Assembly: GCF_964355755.1 (NCBI RefSeq)
Contig: NC_092671.1
Span: 19,716,001-19,780,000, forward strand
Direction of reading: 5' to 3'
Origin: Antedon mediterranea
Lineage: Eukaryota; Animalia; Echinodermata
Length of the DNA: 64,000 bases
This document shows positions 39,201 to 50,269 of this stretch, one piece after another. Each line of letters starts with the position of its first letter. Within the stretch, counting starts at the first letter, position 1. Made by a program: the position numbers and the translations under genes. Under the pieces are notes generated by a model that saw nothing but the letters and a program-made list of their open reading frames with translations, had not been told where the DNA came from and did not search any database.

Positions 39201-42200
39201 TCCAATCAAATGACAGGAATTTATATAGGTGTTATATAATACCGTATAATTAATGTTTCATTATAATAATGATGTAGTATTTAAAACGTCTGCGAAACTT
39301 AACTGTTAATATTATGTTATGCCATAAAAATAGGACAATCATTAGGCCTAATAGGACAATCATTAGGCCTAATAGGACAATCATTAGGCCTAATAGGACA
39401 ATCATTAGGCCTAATAGGACAATCATTAGGCCTAATAGTCTAGTTTACGAAAATACATGTTACACAGGTATGAAAGTGAAAACAATTTAATTATTGTTTT
39501 TTTATTACTCATTATTATACAGGTTCTATTGTTTTTGAAAATACTATTAATAAATAAGTATGGAAAAAGTATGTAATAATAATCTGCGTGTAAGTCACGA
39601 TGCAATGCATGCACAAGATTGCTGGATACACAAGCAGAGCAATTGTAGATAAATAAATCAGGTTTTAATGGACAGTTTCATAATTGTATGCATTGTACTT
39701 TGTATTCAAAATTATTATTAATTATCAATTTGATGATTTTTTTCTACCATTAAATACCTCAATTTTTACTATTTGTTTAGATTTATTTTTAAATAAATAA
39801 ATGCGATATTTACCTGGTTTACAGTCGCATCCCCATTCATCAGTAGAATCCGTACAATCGGCATTACAATCACAAATCCAATCCTTAGGAATACACCGGT
39901 TACTACAATAATAATCCTGGCTATTGCAAAAAAGTTCACCTGTAAAAAAAGTAACAGATTATCAAGCATCTTGAACGTCTATATTTAGTGAACATCATTA
40001 CAATCGTTACCATAGCTAATTTGAGCGTAGTATGAATATGTTTTGTTTTTAGTCGTGTGGAAGCGACTCTATAGTTCACTATGTCGGTCGGTCGGTCTGT
40101 CGGTCTGTCGGTCTGACGGTCTGTCGGTCTGTCTGTCGGTCCGGTATCACTATGCGTTTTATCGCTTTCTGACCTTATCCAGTTTAATCTAGCTAGGCCT
40201 AAGTCAATTTTTCACAGTATATTCCTTATGGCCAGGAATCGATGTGGTTATGTTTTCACGGTGCGCAATAAAAAATTACGCGGTCTACGCACGATTTAAC
40301 GAAATCACGTTTGTAATCATATCTTCACAACCATGAATCACAATTAAATAAAATTTGGTACTCATAAATTTCAGGGCATAAATCATCCTATGGCAATACA
40401 ATTACGTGCGTAGCGCATGTAACGCATGCGTACGCGCGCTTAAAATTTTCAAAATTTATTTTCGATGAAATAAGAGTACGTTTCAGGAAATTTTAAGCGT
40501 TTACAAAATTGCCATGAGCGCGCATATTTTTGCGCGCGCACTGCACGTTAAATGTTATTGAGCACTCTTTTTGCCCGATTTCGCTTTTCTTGACTTACTT
40601 TTCAACTCGAAATTACGTTATACGAGCACGTCAAAAATGACATGCTACGCACGTGTAAATTAAATATAACTGTTTTTAAACATTTCAACATTTTTAAACA
40701 TGTTCAGTAATTTCGGTCAGTTGGTAGGTTGGTCGGTCGGTCGGTAAACACTAAGCACGCGACTGCAGCCATCTATATGGCCTTGTTTGATAATATAATA
40801 GCATACTATAGAGACGGTATAGTACACACGTTTCGCGTATAGTCCATGTCAATTACGTCAAAGCAATTTATTTACATACATTGTTCTGTTTCTAACTGTA
40901 CAGTACTCAATAATAAAAAAAGTGCTATTTGTTCTATTTAATTAAGTTTGCATGTAAGCTTACTTGGTTCATCGCTGCCATCTCCACAGTTATCGAATCC
41001 ATTATTATAAAGTAAAGAAGATATACAACCTCCATTAGTACATTGAAAGTCACATATATTAGGCCTATACCATGGGTATTCGTCTAAATAAAAAAAAACA
41101 TTAAAATATTGTTCATGTTTGTTTTTTAAGAGCGTCAAACCGTCAAATATTTTTCTTGTTATCTAATAGTGGTATGGATGGAAGTGAAAAGGGGCTGTAG
41201 GCCAATACAATAACTTAAGAAATGGCAATAAAACATTTGACCAGTGTATAGTCTAAAAAAAAAAGGATAGATGGACTTAAGTGTGGTTGGTGGTGATTGT
41301 GTTGGAGGGTTCACATATTGGTGGAAAGAGACAGCAACATTGTTTAATGTCATTTAGGAATGTGCACTCGTACAATAGCAGCCACAAACAACTATTACTT
41401 ACCACTACTGGAGAATAGAGATATTGAAATGATAAATCCTAGATGTTCGTCTTTAGGGTCCCCGTTCAGTTCCAAGTACAAATATGCATAACTATTTTGT
41501 ACTACATATGACTTTTGACTTTCAACTCCACCGCAAAGCTTTTCTTCATTGTTGATATTTAAATAGTTAAAGTCACAATTATTATGCATTCTAAACTCGA
41601 TTATATTCACCAGAATCTGATATCCAAATGGGGAGTAAAATTGGACATTACATTTTGCATAGGGTGGCATATATTTTGTGGATTGTGATTTCATCACAAA
41701 TGTTTCATCCGTGTCTAGATTAAAAGTGGTTGAGCATTCATCTAACATATATCTCATATCTATAAAAAAGAAAAATATAGAATAATGTTAACACTTGTAA
41801 ATCCTACATTCGGTAGGTCCCACCTAAATATTTTTTTTTGTGATTGGCCAAGTATTGGGAATTGTTGCGTTTGGATAAGGCTAATATTTACAAATAAACC
41901 CCTTTCTCATACCTTACTTTCTATACTAATCAACTCCTTTGCCGTTGTTGATATTGGAAAATGGAATAAGAAAGTTTAACTAGTCAAGGTTTCCGTTCTT
42001 AGGATGGCGAAGTTGAAGTTAGGGGAGGGGGATGTTGGTTGGTACGCGTCATAATATCTTGAACTTGGTTGTGTCTAATGTGTTGACATGTACACGCATT
42101 ATAATTACCTCCGCACGTTTAAGCTGATCCGAATCATATTATCCGAGTTACATCCGCGGTAAGTGCGCGTGTAATCAGTTAATTCTCTCGCATACCTCCG

Positions 42201-44049
42201 TGCTACTAACCCCTCACCTCTGATATACCATTATATTAATACGTGTCAACATCCGATGTAACATTTACCTCCGATATGTTTTATGATGTAGCAGAACAGC
42301 GCGTTTCATCGAGGACATATCAAAACCGGTGAACGTTATTTTTACTAACATGGCGATTTTTTTATATATTTTTTCCTTTCGGAGTTAAACAAGGGAGAAG
42401 AGATCTATACAAATTCATATTCGTTTAATATGAGTTGGACTGCAGCACTTGGAATTTGCTTAGAAACCTTTTGAGTGTACTCAACATAATTACAATTATC
42501 ATCAGCTGTCATAAAGATAACTCTATCTAAAAAGTATTAGTCGGTTTGTTCGGTATCTAAATCGTTATACAATCGCCGCCGGGACAATGGTGCACGTTTA
42601 TCATGTTTTATAGACTACGGCCACAATTTACTACCTGATGCCTACTCGAGTGTATTGTTATAATTTATGCAATCAGTGTATGAATCTTATGCCTCGTGTA
42701 TATTATGATCAAATAGTAAAAAATAATACCACCTTAAACTTACTAGTTTCACATCGTTCACCTCCAAACCCATATGGACAGATACATCGGTTTTTAGAGG
42801 TGTCGCAGTAACCCTCATTCATGCATGTAGCTTCATAACAGCTTCCCCGACCTTAAGGTAAAAATGATTTTTCAAAAGACAAGTTAAGTGTCGGTGCTAC
42901 AACATACGTTCCAAGAAAGGAGAAGTTAATGAAACCTAGTTCCATAACTCTTAAATATCTATCCAAATCTTACATTTCTTCTAAACCCCAGATTCGCAAT
43001 GTATGTAATTGGTAAATCGAACATAGCAGTTTGTAGTTGTAATATATCTGAAACGATGATTTATTAAAAGTTATTGAAACCTTTCTATAATTAGAACTAT
43101 CTGTTAAATAATTTTTATTGTGGAGTAGCTATAAACGAATTTGTGAAATTTAGTTTTGATACATATTCCGTCCAGTAGGCCTACCTTGATGATGAGGAAG
43201 TAAAAATACGAATTATTAAATGTTCGCAAAGCGTGAAACGCTCTTTATAACATGTTATTGTTACTATGCATTAGAGAATATGTGTCGAGAATGCATATAA
43301 TAAATCCTCTTTTCAGTAAATGTGACGTTTTGTATTTCTTTATAATATTAGCTGTTGTGTTAACAGTACAGAGCGAATAAAGTTTCACGGGGATTTCCCC
43401 CGCTTTTTAAAGAGCAATAATATTATCTTCCTTAAATTTACAGAGGATAACATCTCCATTAGTTGATGTATCTTTTATTCTTGTTGGTCGTTAAGTCACG
43501 ATGTTTAGGTCAAAAGACTTTGCAAAAAATGTGTTGACTCATCTTATGAGATATGGTGCAGTGTGCCGCATTCAAAAACCGTTTCCTCATAGTGATGTAT
43601 TTATCATAGTTTAGAATTGTATTATTAGCCGTTTTACATACATTTTACTAGACTATTATTATTATTATTGCATGCATATTTTTTACAAATTTAAACATAC
43701 ATAGTATGGTATATTTTTATATAGATGTCGTCCTTCTGCTTCTGGGTTATAAACCAGTCTTTATAACAATCTACGTTATAGTTTATATAATAAATATTAT
43801 TGATAAATATTCAATGTTGTAGACGAAAAACTTTGATCATCGTCCTGGAGAACAATATCTCACAACTTTCATCAAGCTAGTCAACACTAACACAAAAACG
43901 CCTATATTTGTTTTATGAAAAACGAAAACACAACAATTACTAAAATAAATGAATGATGATACAGCATAAATAAAAACAGTAAAATACTTACAGTAATTAA
44001 TAACGCAAAAAAGAAACGTGAAGAGCGCAATGAAAGAACGAGATACCAT
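36267..44049 (-). CDS. Type-I membrane protein SP-EGF-CUB-LDLa(x4, x5 with the duplicated exon)-TM-PPxY; LRP12/LDLRAD-like architecture; 479 or 525 aa
   Basis: Exons: 44049-43992 (signal [19 protein letters not shown]), 42851-42744 ([15 protein letters not shown]...[13 protein letters not shown]), 41759-41403 (CUB), LDLa 41083-40964, 39939-39814, 38905-38768 and/or the identical 37679-37542, 37171-37058, and 36685-36267 (TM, KRRR, PPSY). All internal exons are phase 1-1 with GT-AG. Confidence 0.9.
37724..38351. mobile_element. Non-autonomous TIR DNA transposon (TA-flanked) at the duplication junction
   Basis: 17-bp TIR CAGCTAATAATTACTGC / GCAGTAGTTTTTAGCTG with TA on each side. Internal 20-bp repeats ccacgaagtaccacgcgtgg occur in both orientations. 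Confidence 0.88.
38927..39240. mobile_element. Foldback/hairpin non-autonomous element
   Basis: About 73-bp inverted arms (38929-39090) around 'gaggcaaagccga'. It is absent from the paralogous site at about 37700. A deleted sibling lies at 57145-57245. Confidence 0.85.
39329..39438. repeat. 21-bp minisatellite x5 (aataggacaatcattaggcct)
   Basis: Five perfect units. Confidence 0.95.
40046..40786 (+). mobile_element. Complete HINE/DINE-1-like Helentron derivative
   Basis: T-run, subterminal IR agtcg(t/c)gtg ... cacgcgact, (GGTC/TGTC)n microsatellite, 3' hairpin gccat-ctat-atggc followed by CTTGT-TT. Confidence 0.82.
43389..43541. promoter_or_regulatory. Candidate NF-kB (GGGGATTTCCCC) and AP-1 (TGACTCA) sites in intron 1 of the CUB-LDLa gene
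   Basis: Consensus matches at 43389-43400 and 43535-43541. Function is untested. Confidence 0.35.
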
Positions 44050-44236
44050 GTTTATAACTGTTATATAAATGGCTGTCTGTTCCTTCTACCGAAGGATCTA
44101 ATTGTATGATCGAACGCTTGAATTGTTAAAGGTTTATGATGAATAAAACTAACCATAGATGTTTACAAATCAAACAATGCAGTACTCTGCTTCCATAGAA
44201 ATAGTTTCGGCCTTATTCTTCTGTGGTAATTCAAGG

Positions 44237-44277
44237 TGACGTCAATGAATTACGTTATAAAAGTGAACGCTGATTGG
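44237..44277 (-). promoter_or_regulatory. Candidate proximal promoter motifs (CRE TGACGTCA, CCAAT)
   Basis: TGACGTCA at 44237-44244 and CCAAT (- strand) at 44273-44277, about 190-230 bp upstream of the ATG at 44049. Confidence 0.35.
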
Positions 44278-45027
44278 TTCGTCAAGACGAAGTATTTGCA
44301 CTGAAAGCATGTTGTGTAAATAATAATATATTATCAGTTATTATTAGTATAATTAAAGCAAATATTAATAGATGGCAGATGTGTCTTTGTTATTATGAAG
44401 ATAATGATAAAGGAATATATTCTTTGTTTATTCTAATTCAAGTAAATTAAATTTAAATTTGTTCAACGTACTCATTTTGCACAAAATGGACCAAATTACA
44501 AATTAAAACAAGAATATTTCTTACAAAAAACGCTGCTCGCTTATTGTTATTGCTAAGGTCAAGTCTGGGGGTCACTTCATCACGCCTAGATACTTCAAGT
44601 ATCCTATTACAAACAAAAACTTCAATGGACTGTTTTGATAATAATTCAATGATTATCTGACAGCGAATTATATCATGGGACTCATAAATACCAGAATGCT
44701 TTGGGATTTGTCGTTAGACTCTTTTCTCAGCCGTTTTTGGATTCAACAGGTGGTACCAATAAATTATAGTGGAGTTTCCATTTTAACAAAAATGTCAAAG
44801 TGTAGTACTATAAAGCTGCTTGATTTCATCTAATGAATGAGTCATCTCGTGTGACGTAGCGGGCTAGAGCAGCAGCGTGAAAATAAAATCAAAATATAGT
44901 AGAACCCATGGTAGGCCCACCCAACAAAATTGTCCCCTTGAAGCTACGTTCCCTATTCAAACTATAAAATAAAGTATAACAAAAAAATTAGGGTTTAGAG
45001 GTTTCCGCGTGAAAAAAAAAAACAAAA

Positions 45028-45600
45028 TACAGTTGAACTTCTGTGAGCGGCCACCTTCTGTAAGCGGCCACCTCCCGTAAGCGGCCACCTCCCGTAAGCG
45101 GCCACCTCCCGTAAGCGGCCGCGGCCCATTACCTGTAGGCCTATATTTGTGTATGGTAAATTACCTCCGGCGGCCACCCGAAAATTTCGTATTGACTTTT
45201 GACTACAAAAATACAATTTTGATACTCATTGTGCTTTTATTTTAGCTTTATTTTCGAAGCTTGTGTGCGAAATCTTGTTGTTTTATTATTTTTAATCATT
45301 CTTGCATATATTATATATCCATTACTTGAAAGTTGAAATAAATACTACTGTAGATAATACCAGTAGGCCTATTTGACGTTTTTTTAATTATAAACAAATA
45401 CAATTAGCTGGAGAATTTAGAGGCCCATTACATTAAGAACACCAAAAAATATCGTGCATATAGCCATAGGTGATTTTGGACTACGATCGGCAAACTCTCG
45501 TAAGCGGGCACCTCCCGTAAGCGGCCACTTTTCCCCAGTCCCAAAGCCAACGTTTCACCAATGAAAAATGTCAAGCCAGAGAAAGTTATGGTATAAAATG
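45028..45600. mobile_element. Tc1/mariner-like MITE fragment with 17-bp subterminal repeats
   Basis: TA|CAGTTGAAC terminus followed by (gtaagcggccacctccc)n at 45042-45120 and 45498-45528. The second terminus was not found. Confidence 0.65.
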
Positions 45601-45632
45601 AATATAATTTTTTTTTATCCTCTATTTTACAC

Positions 45633-46024
45633 ACTAAAAAATGACCCTGTCACCTCTTACGTATACCTATCCCATGAGATGTAGGGCATGAATAGACCCT
45701 CCTCTTAACGCCTCTCTCGAATTATAAACGACTAAAAAATGACCCTGTCACCTCTTACGTATACCTATCCCATGAGATGTAGGGCATGAATAGACCCTCC
45801 TCTTAACGCCTCTCTCGAATTATAAACGACTAAAAAATGACCCTGTCACCTCTTACGTATACCTATCCCATGAGATGTAGGGCATGAATAGACCCTCCTC
45901 TTAACGCCTCTCTCGAACTATAAACGACTAAAAAATGACCCTGTCACCTCTTACGTATACCTATCCCATGAGATGTAGGGCATGAATAGACCCTCCTCTT
46001 AACGCCTCTCTCAAACTATAAACG
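45633..46024. repeat. 98-bp tandem repeat x4
   Basis: Units start at 45633, 45731, 45829 and 45927, with only two variable positions seen. Confidence 0.97.
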
Positions 46025-47414
46025 ACTCGATGTGTTTATTTTGACAATTCTAAAGTTCTGTCTACACGTCACTATCAAAATAGTTGAATATAAATAGTTA
46101 AATATGGTCCATATGGGCACATCACATTTTTGTCACATAAAGCTTGATAGTGTAGATATAGCTTAATATAAATACTTAATAGGTATCTTCTGTTTTCACT
46201 TTTTAATAATACAACATATAAAAAAAAGATATTATAGTAAATTTTACTATAACTTAAATTAAGCATTAATAATAGGTAACGGACAAAATACAGATAGGGC
46301 CTACCAACAGAGGGCGAGTTATTCAATATTGCTATTCTATTTACATAACAAAACTCGAGATTTTAATAGGCTTTTGTGACGTCATAAAAATCAAACAAAT
46401 GAATAAAACAGGAGGTTCGTAGTTTTTTTTTTTTACCTATTTCATGTTTTGGGCAAATATGTCTATGGATTATAATGTTAGATGGGAAGCTGGACACAAA
46501 AGTAATCTGAACAGTTGGACGAAAAGGTTGATTATAAAGCTGTTTTACGTCTTTCACATTGGGCCTTTGTCCATTGTCTGTAGGCGTATCACGAATTCAT
46601 CTTTAAGTGACTCTTATAAATCAACAATAACATTATTCTATAAATTGTCCGTTTATTGATTCATGTTTAAAATAATATATAAATCAAATGAAAAAAGGTA
46701 CTGAAAAAATTCTGTGGATGGATCTCAATGGAGATACAAATAAAATAAAACAAAACACAGCCACGAAGACATTGCAGAGCTGTGGTAGCACTAACCCTAT
46801 ATAAATACATTTATAAAAAAAAAAAGGATACTTCGTCTAAATTACTTTACATCGAAAAATAAAATTTTTTTAAATTTAAAGTCTACTACGTGTTGTACTA
46901 TTGAAAGATTCGGGTAAAAATGAATTTTGATATTTTGCGAGACGGATTCGTTGTACACATAGTCTATAGCCAGAACGAATAAAATTATATTGCACACAGA
47001 ACATGGTACTATCTTTCATAATACATTTACTTTTTACATGACACATTCATTGTAAAAATTCCCTCATCCTGCTCTCCCGACAAATGTGGCCAACATGAGA
47101 AGCCTCCACAACCAGGATAGGAAGGAAATCCCTAATGACATCACCCCTGTCTTGATTTTTAACTTATTGACATTACGAAGAACAACGAATAGAGCCTATT
47201 TACATAACGTTATATGTTAGTTCGCATGTTATTCTAGTGTAAGTAAGTTCATTAAAAACATTTAGTTAATGTAAGGTCATGGTAGGTGTAACCTGTTGAA
47301 TGTATAAGGAAATAATAACTAATACTTTAACTACAACTTTCATAACTCATAATCATGTTTAAACATAACGACCAACACGATTTTTCTATTGTAGTCCACG
47401 AGATGTGTTTATAT

Positions 47415-48044
47415 TCAGAAATAAGAAATGGGAAAGTTTAAATCTTCATAACATGGTGGGGTTGATACCATAGCAACGGCTACGTCATATGATGGCGGTT
47501 GATCGCTAAAGTATACTATTGAAGTTGAACGAACAAATCGAACGTTTCCATGTGATCGATCGCTGAGCACACGATTTGAGTCGCGATGTCTCCTCCTGTG
47601 ATTTTGATGAGTTGGGTTTTTAGATGACAAGTGGGCACAGTACGATGTTATTACTCCAATGATGAGAGTACCGATTACAATGCAGACAACCACATAGAAC
47701 CATGGATCAATTCCTATAACAACAAAACAAATATAAATACAAGTCATATGGGTATAGTCATGCAATGTTCCGTTTATTTTGGTGTACGTCAACTCTATTC
47801 GGTCCACCATCTTCACCAAGACACAATGTGTCCACTGTCCCTCGGACTGTTTTCATAATTACTTCAAAATTGTATTTCTTAATAATTAACGGAATAATAA
47901 TAGTATGTTTATAACAATGTTTACCACATTCAACTTCATCTGAACCATCTCGACAGTGTTGTACTCTATCGCAAACTTGATGCCAATAAATACATTCGAG
48001 TGCGTCTGACTTACATTGAAAGTCTCCTGAAGAACATTGTCCAT
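47415..48044 (-). CDS. Small LDLa-TM-PPxY protein (LDLRAD-like), 5' exon(s) unresolved
   Basis: LDLa exon 48044-47925 (CSSGDFQCKSDALECIYWHQVCDRVQHCRDGSDEVEC, phase 1-1) splices to 47713-47415 (TM WFYVVVCIVIGTLIIGVITSYC; PPSY and PPCY; stop). Confidence 0.82.
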
Positions 48045-48822
48045 CTAAAATAATCACACCTTTACATATTTTAGCTTAATTAACAATGCTGGTATAGTTT
48101 TCAAAAGAACTATAGGCAAAAGAGAATGTATAATAATAATAATAATAATACCTACTTGACATACTTGATACAATAAAAATGCAGGCCTACAATATGATGT
48201 GTTTTATCAAGATCCATATAGCATTAACATATAGGGCCTACAGGTAATTGAATTTACCTAAAGTGTACAGAATAATGATAATATAATCCTTACGATCCCA
48301 TACCACGGACAATTGTTCTTTATTATACTGTAATAGAATAATATAAAGTGTAGCGCATTCATTGTTTGCGATTACAATCACTTAGCAAACAAAGTCATAT
48401 ATGGTTAATGGAGGTTGATTTGTTTGTAAGCGGCAGTCTACGTTCAATATAAGCTACATCATAAAGATACATATCTATTATAATAAAACAGAGTGGGTGA
48501 TACAATTCTATAATAATAAAGTATCTGTAGTTACGAATATACCTTATAAATTAATCAATTCAAATGTCATTAAAAGTCTATATGAAATATCCGACTATAG
48601 ATAAAGGTTTAACCCAATGCACTGAGGAAGTTCATAATCAGATTAAAGAACCAATCAAAACGGTTGATTGGAAATTAAATTGCAAATAACAAAAAGTCAC
48701 AACAATGAATAAGAAGAGTCAAAGGTACATGAAATAGAAGGGTTTTTCAGAATGTCAAATTTCAGGGTCAAAGATCAAGGTCCACGAAAAAAAAAATTAA
48801 AAAATAATAAAAGAAAACAAAA

Positions 48823-48890
48823 CCTCAGCGGGAATTGAACCAGCGATCTCAACTGTGAGACGCTGGATATATAACCATCACACCAAACTC
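48823..48890 (-). mobile_element. tRNA-like (SINE head or tRNA pseudogene) sequence
   Basis: A box TGGTGTGATGG and B box GGTTCAATTCC, followed by T-runs. The acceptor stem is poor. Confidence 0.5.
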
Positions 48891-49017
48891 TCAACTACAA
48901 CTTTGTAGTGTGCAGTTAGCCTATTTACACTTAGAACTAATAACCAGAAATGTAAAAAATATATATATTTTCCAGGGGCATTTTATGTAGGGGAATTTTA
49001 CAGTAGGCGGAGGTTTT

Positions 49018-49803
49018 TTTTTTTTTGTCTTTTGTGAGATTCACTCACTTTTATTTCATTCTTTACAATTGTTACAATAATCTATATCAATTTTGTTTCA
49101 GTAGAAAACTATCTCTGCAGCTTAAAGTTTTTTTTGTTTTTCTTATTTTTAGTATTTTACATATATAAAAAGTTAAAGCATTTAAACAATAGACAAAAGT
49201 TATATAAAAGTATACATCACATAATATAGGTTCACAATTGCCATTACAACATCACAAAATAAAATATACTGTAACTCATATAGCACCAGTAAATAAAACT
49301 AGTAAGGTAGAAACCATACTAGAATACTAAGTATTGTGTCGTAATAATATTTTCTCGTGTTTTTAGCCTGTTATTGTTTAACAATTATACATTTTTACAT
49401 TGCTAAAATAATATGTTTTACCTTTTCCCATTTTTTTTATGCTTTCCTCTCTTTTATACACTATATCACATTCCATTCTGAATAGAATTCCTTGTTTAAA
49501 AGATTTCCATGAATTAAAATAACTTTGATTTGTAACATCAGCCAGTATCTTTTGTTTATAAACCGTGAAAGCAGCAAATGTATATATAAAATCAGTAAGA
49601 ATATTTCTTGTTCCAATTACCAGATTTTGAAAAGACATGTTTATATGATTGGTACCTTTTAAAACAATCTCTATTTTTGTCCAAAAACCTTGAATAAATT
49701 TACAAGTAAAAAACATATGCTCCTCATCTCGTACCTCTCCACATCTACCACATATTATATTAGTATCTTTTAGTTTCCAGATAAACAACCTTTTGTTTGT
49801 TGC
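49018..49803 (-). mobile_element. 5'-truncated L1/Tx1-clade LINE with poly(A) tail and TSD
   Basis: ORF 49378..49788 has the C-terminal CCHC 'CGRCGEVRDEEHMFFTC'. AATAAA and a poly(A) tail are present. 14-bp TSD TAGGCGGAGGTTTT at 49004-49017 and 49804-49817. Confidence 0.9.
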
Positions 49804-50269
49804 TAGGCGGAGGTTTTGTACTCTCGGAGTACCCTATAGTTTTATCTGTATTAAAAAAAAGTCAAATATAGGCTAAGGTTTAACAGCATATTTTAGGTTG
49901 TTTTCTTTTTGTTTTGACCTTATTTACAGTTTTATTTGCAGCACTCTACTTTGACCGTATTGAAATAAATTGTGCTGTCGCACAACTTTATCATTTTCGA
50001 TATTTAATATAGTAGTTAATTCTATACCTAGTTTGTTACATGTACCCTTATTTGAAGGACACGACTGTGGGACGTTCAGAACAAATTTACAGCGTTTTAT
50101 GTGTACATTTTCAATAAATTTATATTTCTCTACCATACAATAATATTATTGGAATGGTTTGTCTATCAGAACGTTAAAGTGTTATTATTATGTTATAATT
50201 ATTTTTATTACAAGGGGAATTAACATTATCAGTTTTGGTAGCCGATATGTACTATTATTTAGAAGGAAC

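Larger units (their letters stand above)
37094..39258. repeat. About 625-bp intragenic direct duplication (37094-37718 vs 38355-39258, the latter with an insertion)
   Basis: Near-identical copies covering part of LDLa exon 4, an intron and all of LDLa exon 3. Confidence 0.95.

Noticed and set aside
39925-39940. Apparent frameshift at the start of LDLa exon 2
   Set aside because: Recounting the homopolymer (6 A) shows the exon is in frame (126 nt).
42974-43047. Extra exon of the CUB-LDLa gene
   Set aside because: It has AG/GT borders but is 74 nt long and would break the phase 1-1 chain.
45633-46024. CRISPR-like array
   Set aside because: The units are contiguous identical repeats with no unique spacers, there are no cas genes, and the context is eukaryotic.
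48823-48890. Functional tRNA gene
   Set aside because: A and B boxes are present but no convincing acceptor or anticodon stems. Treated as a SINE head or pseudogene, as is the similar segment at about 18905-18975.
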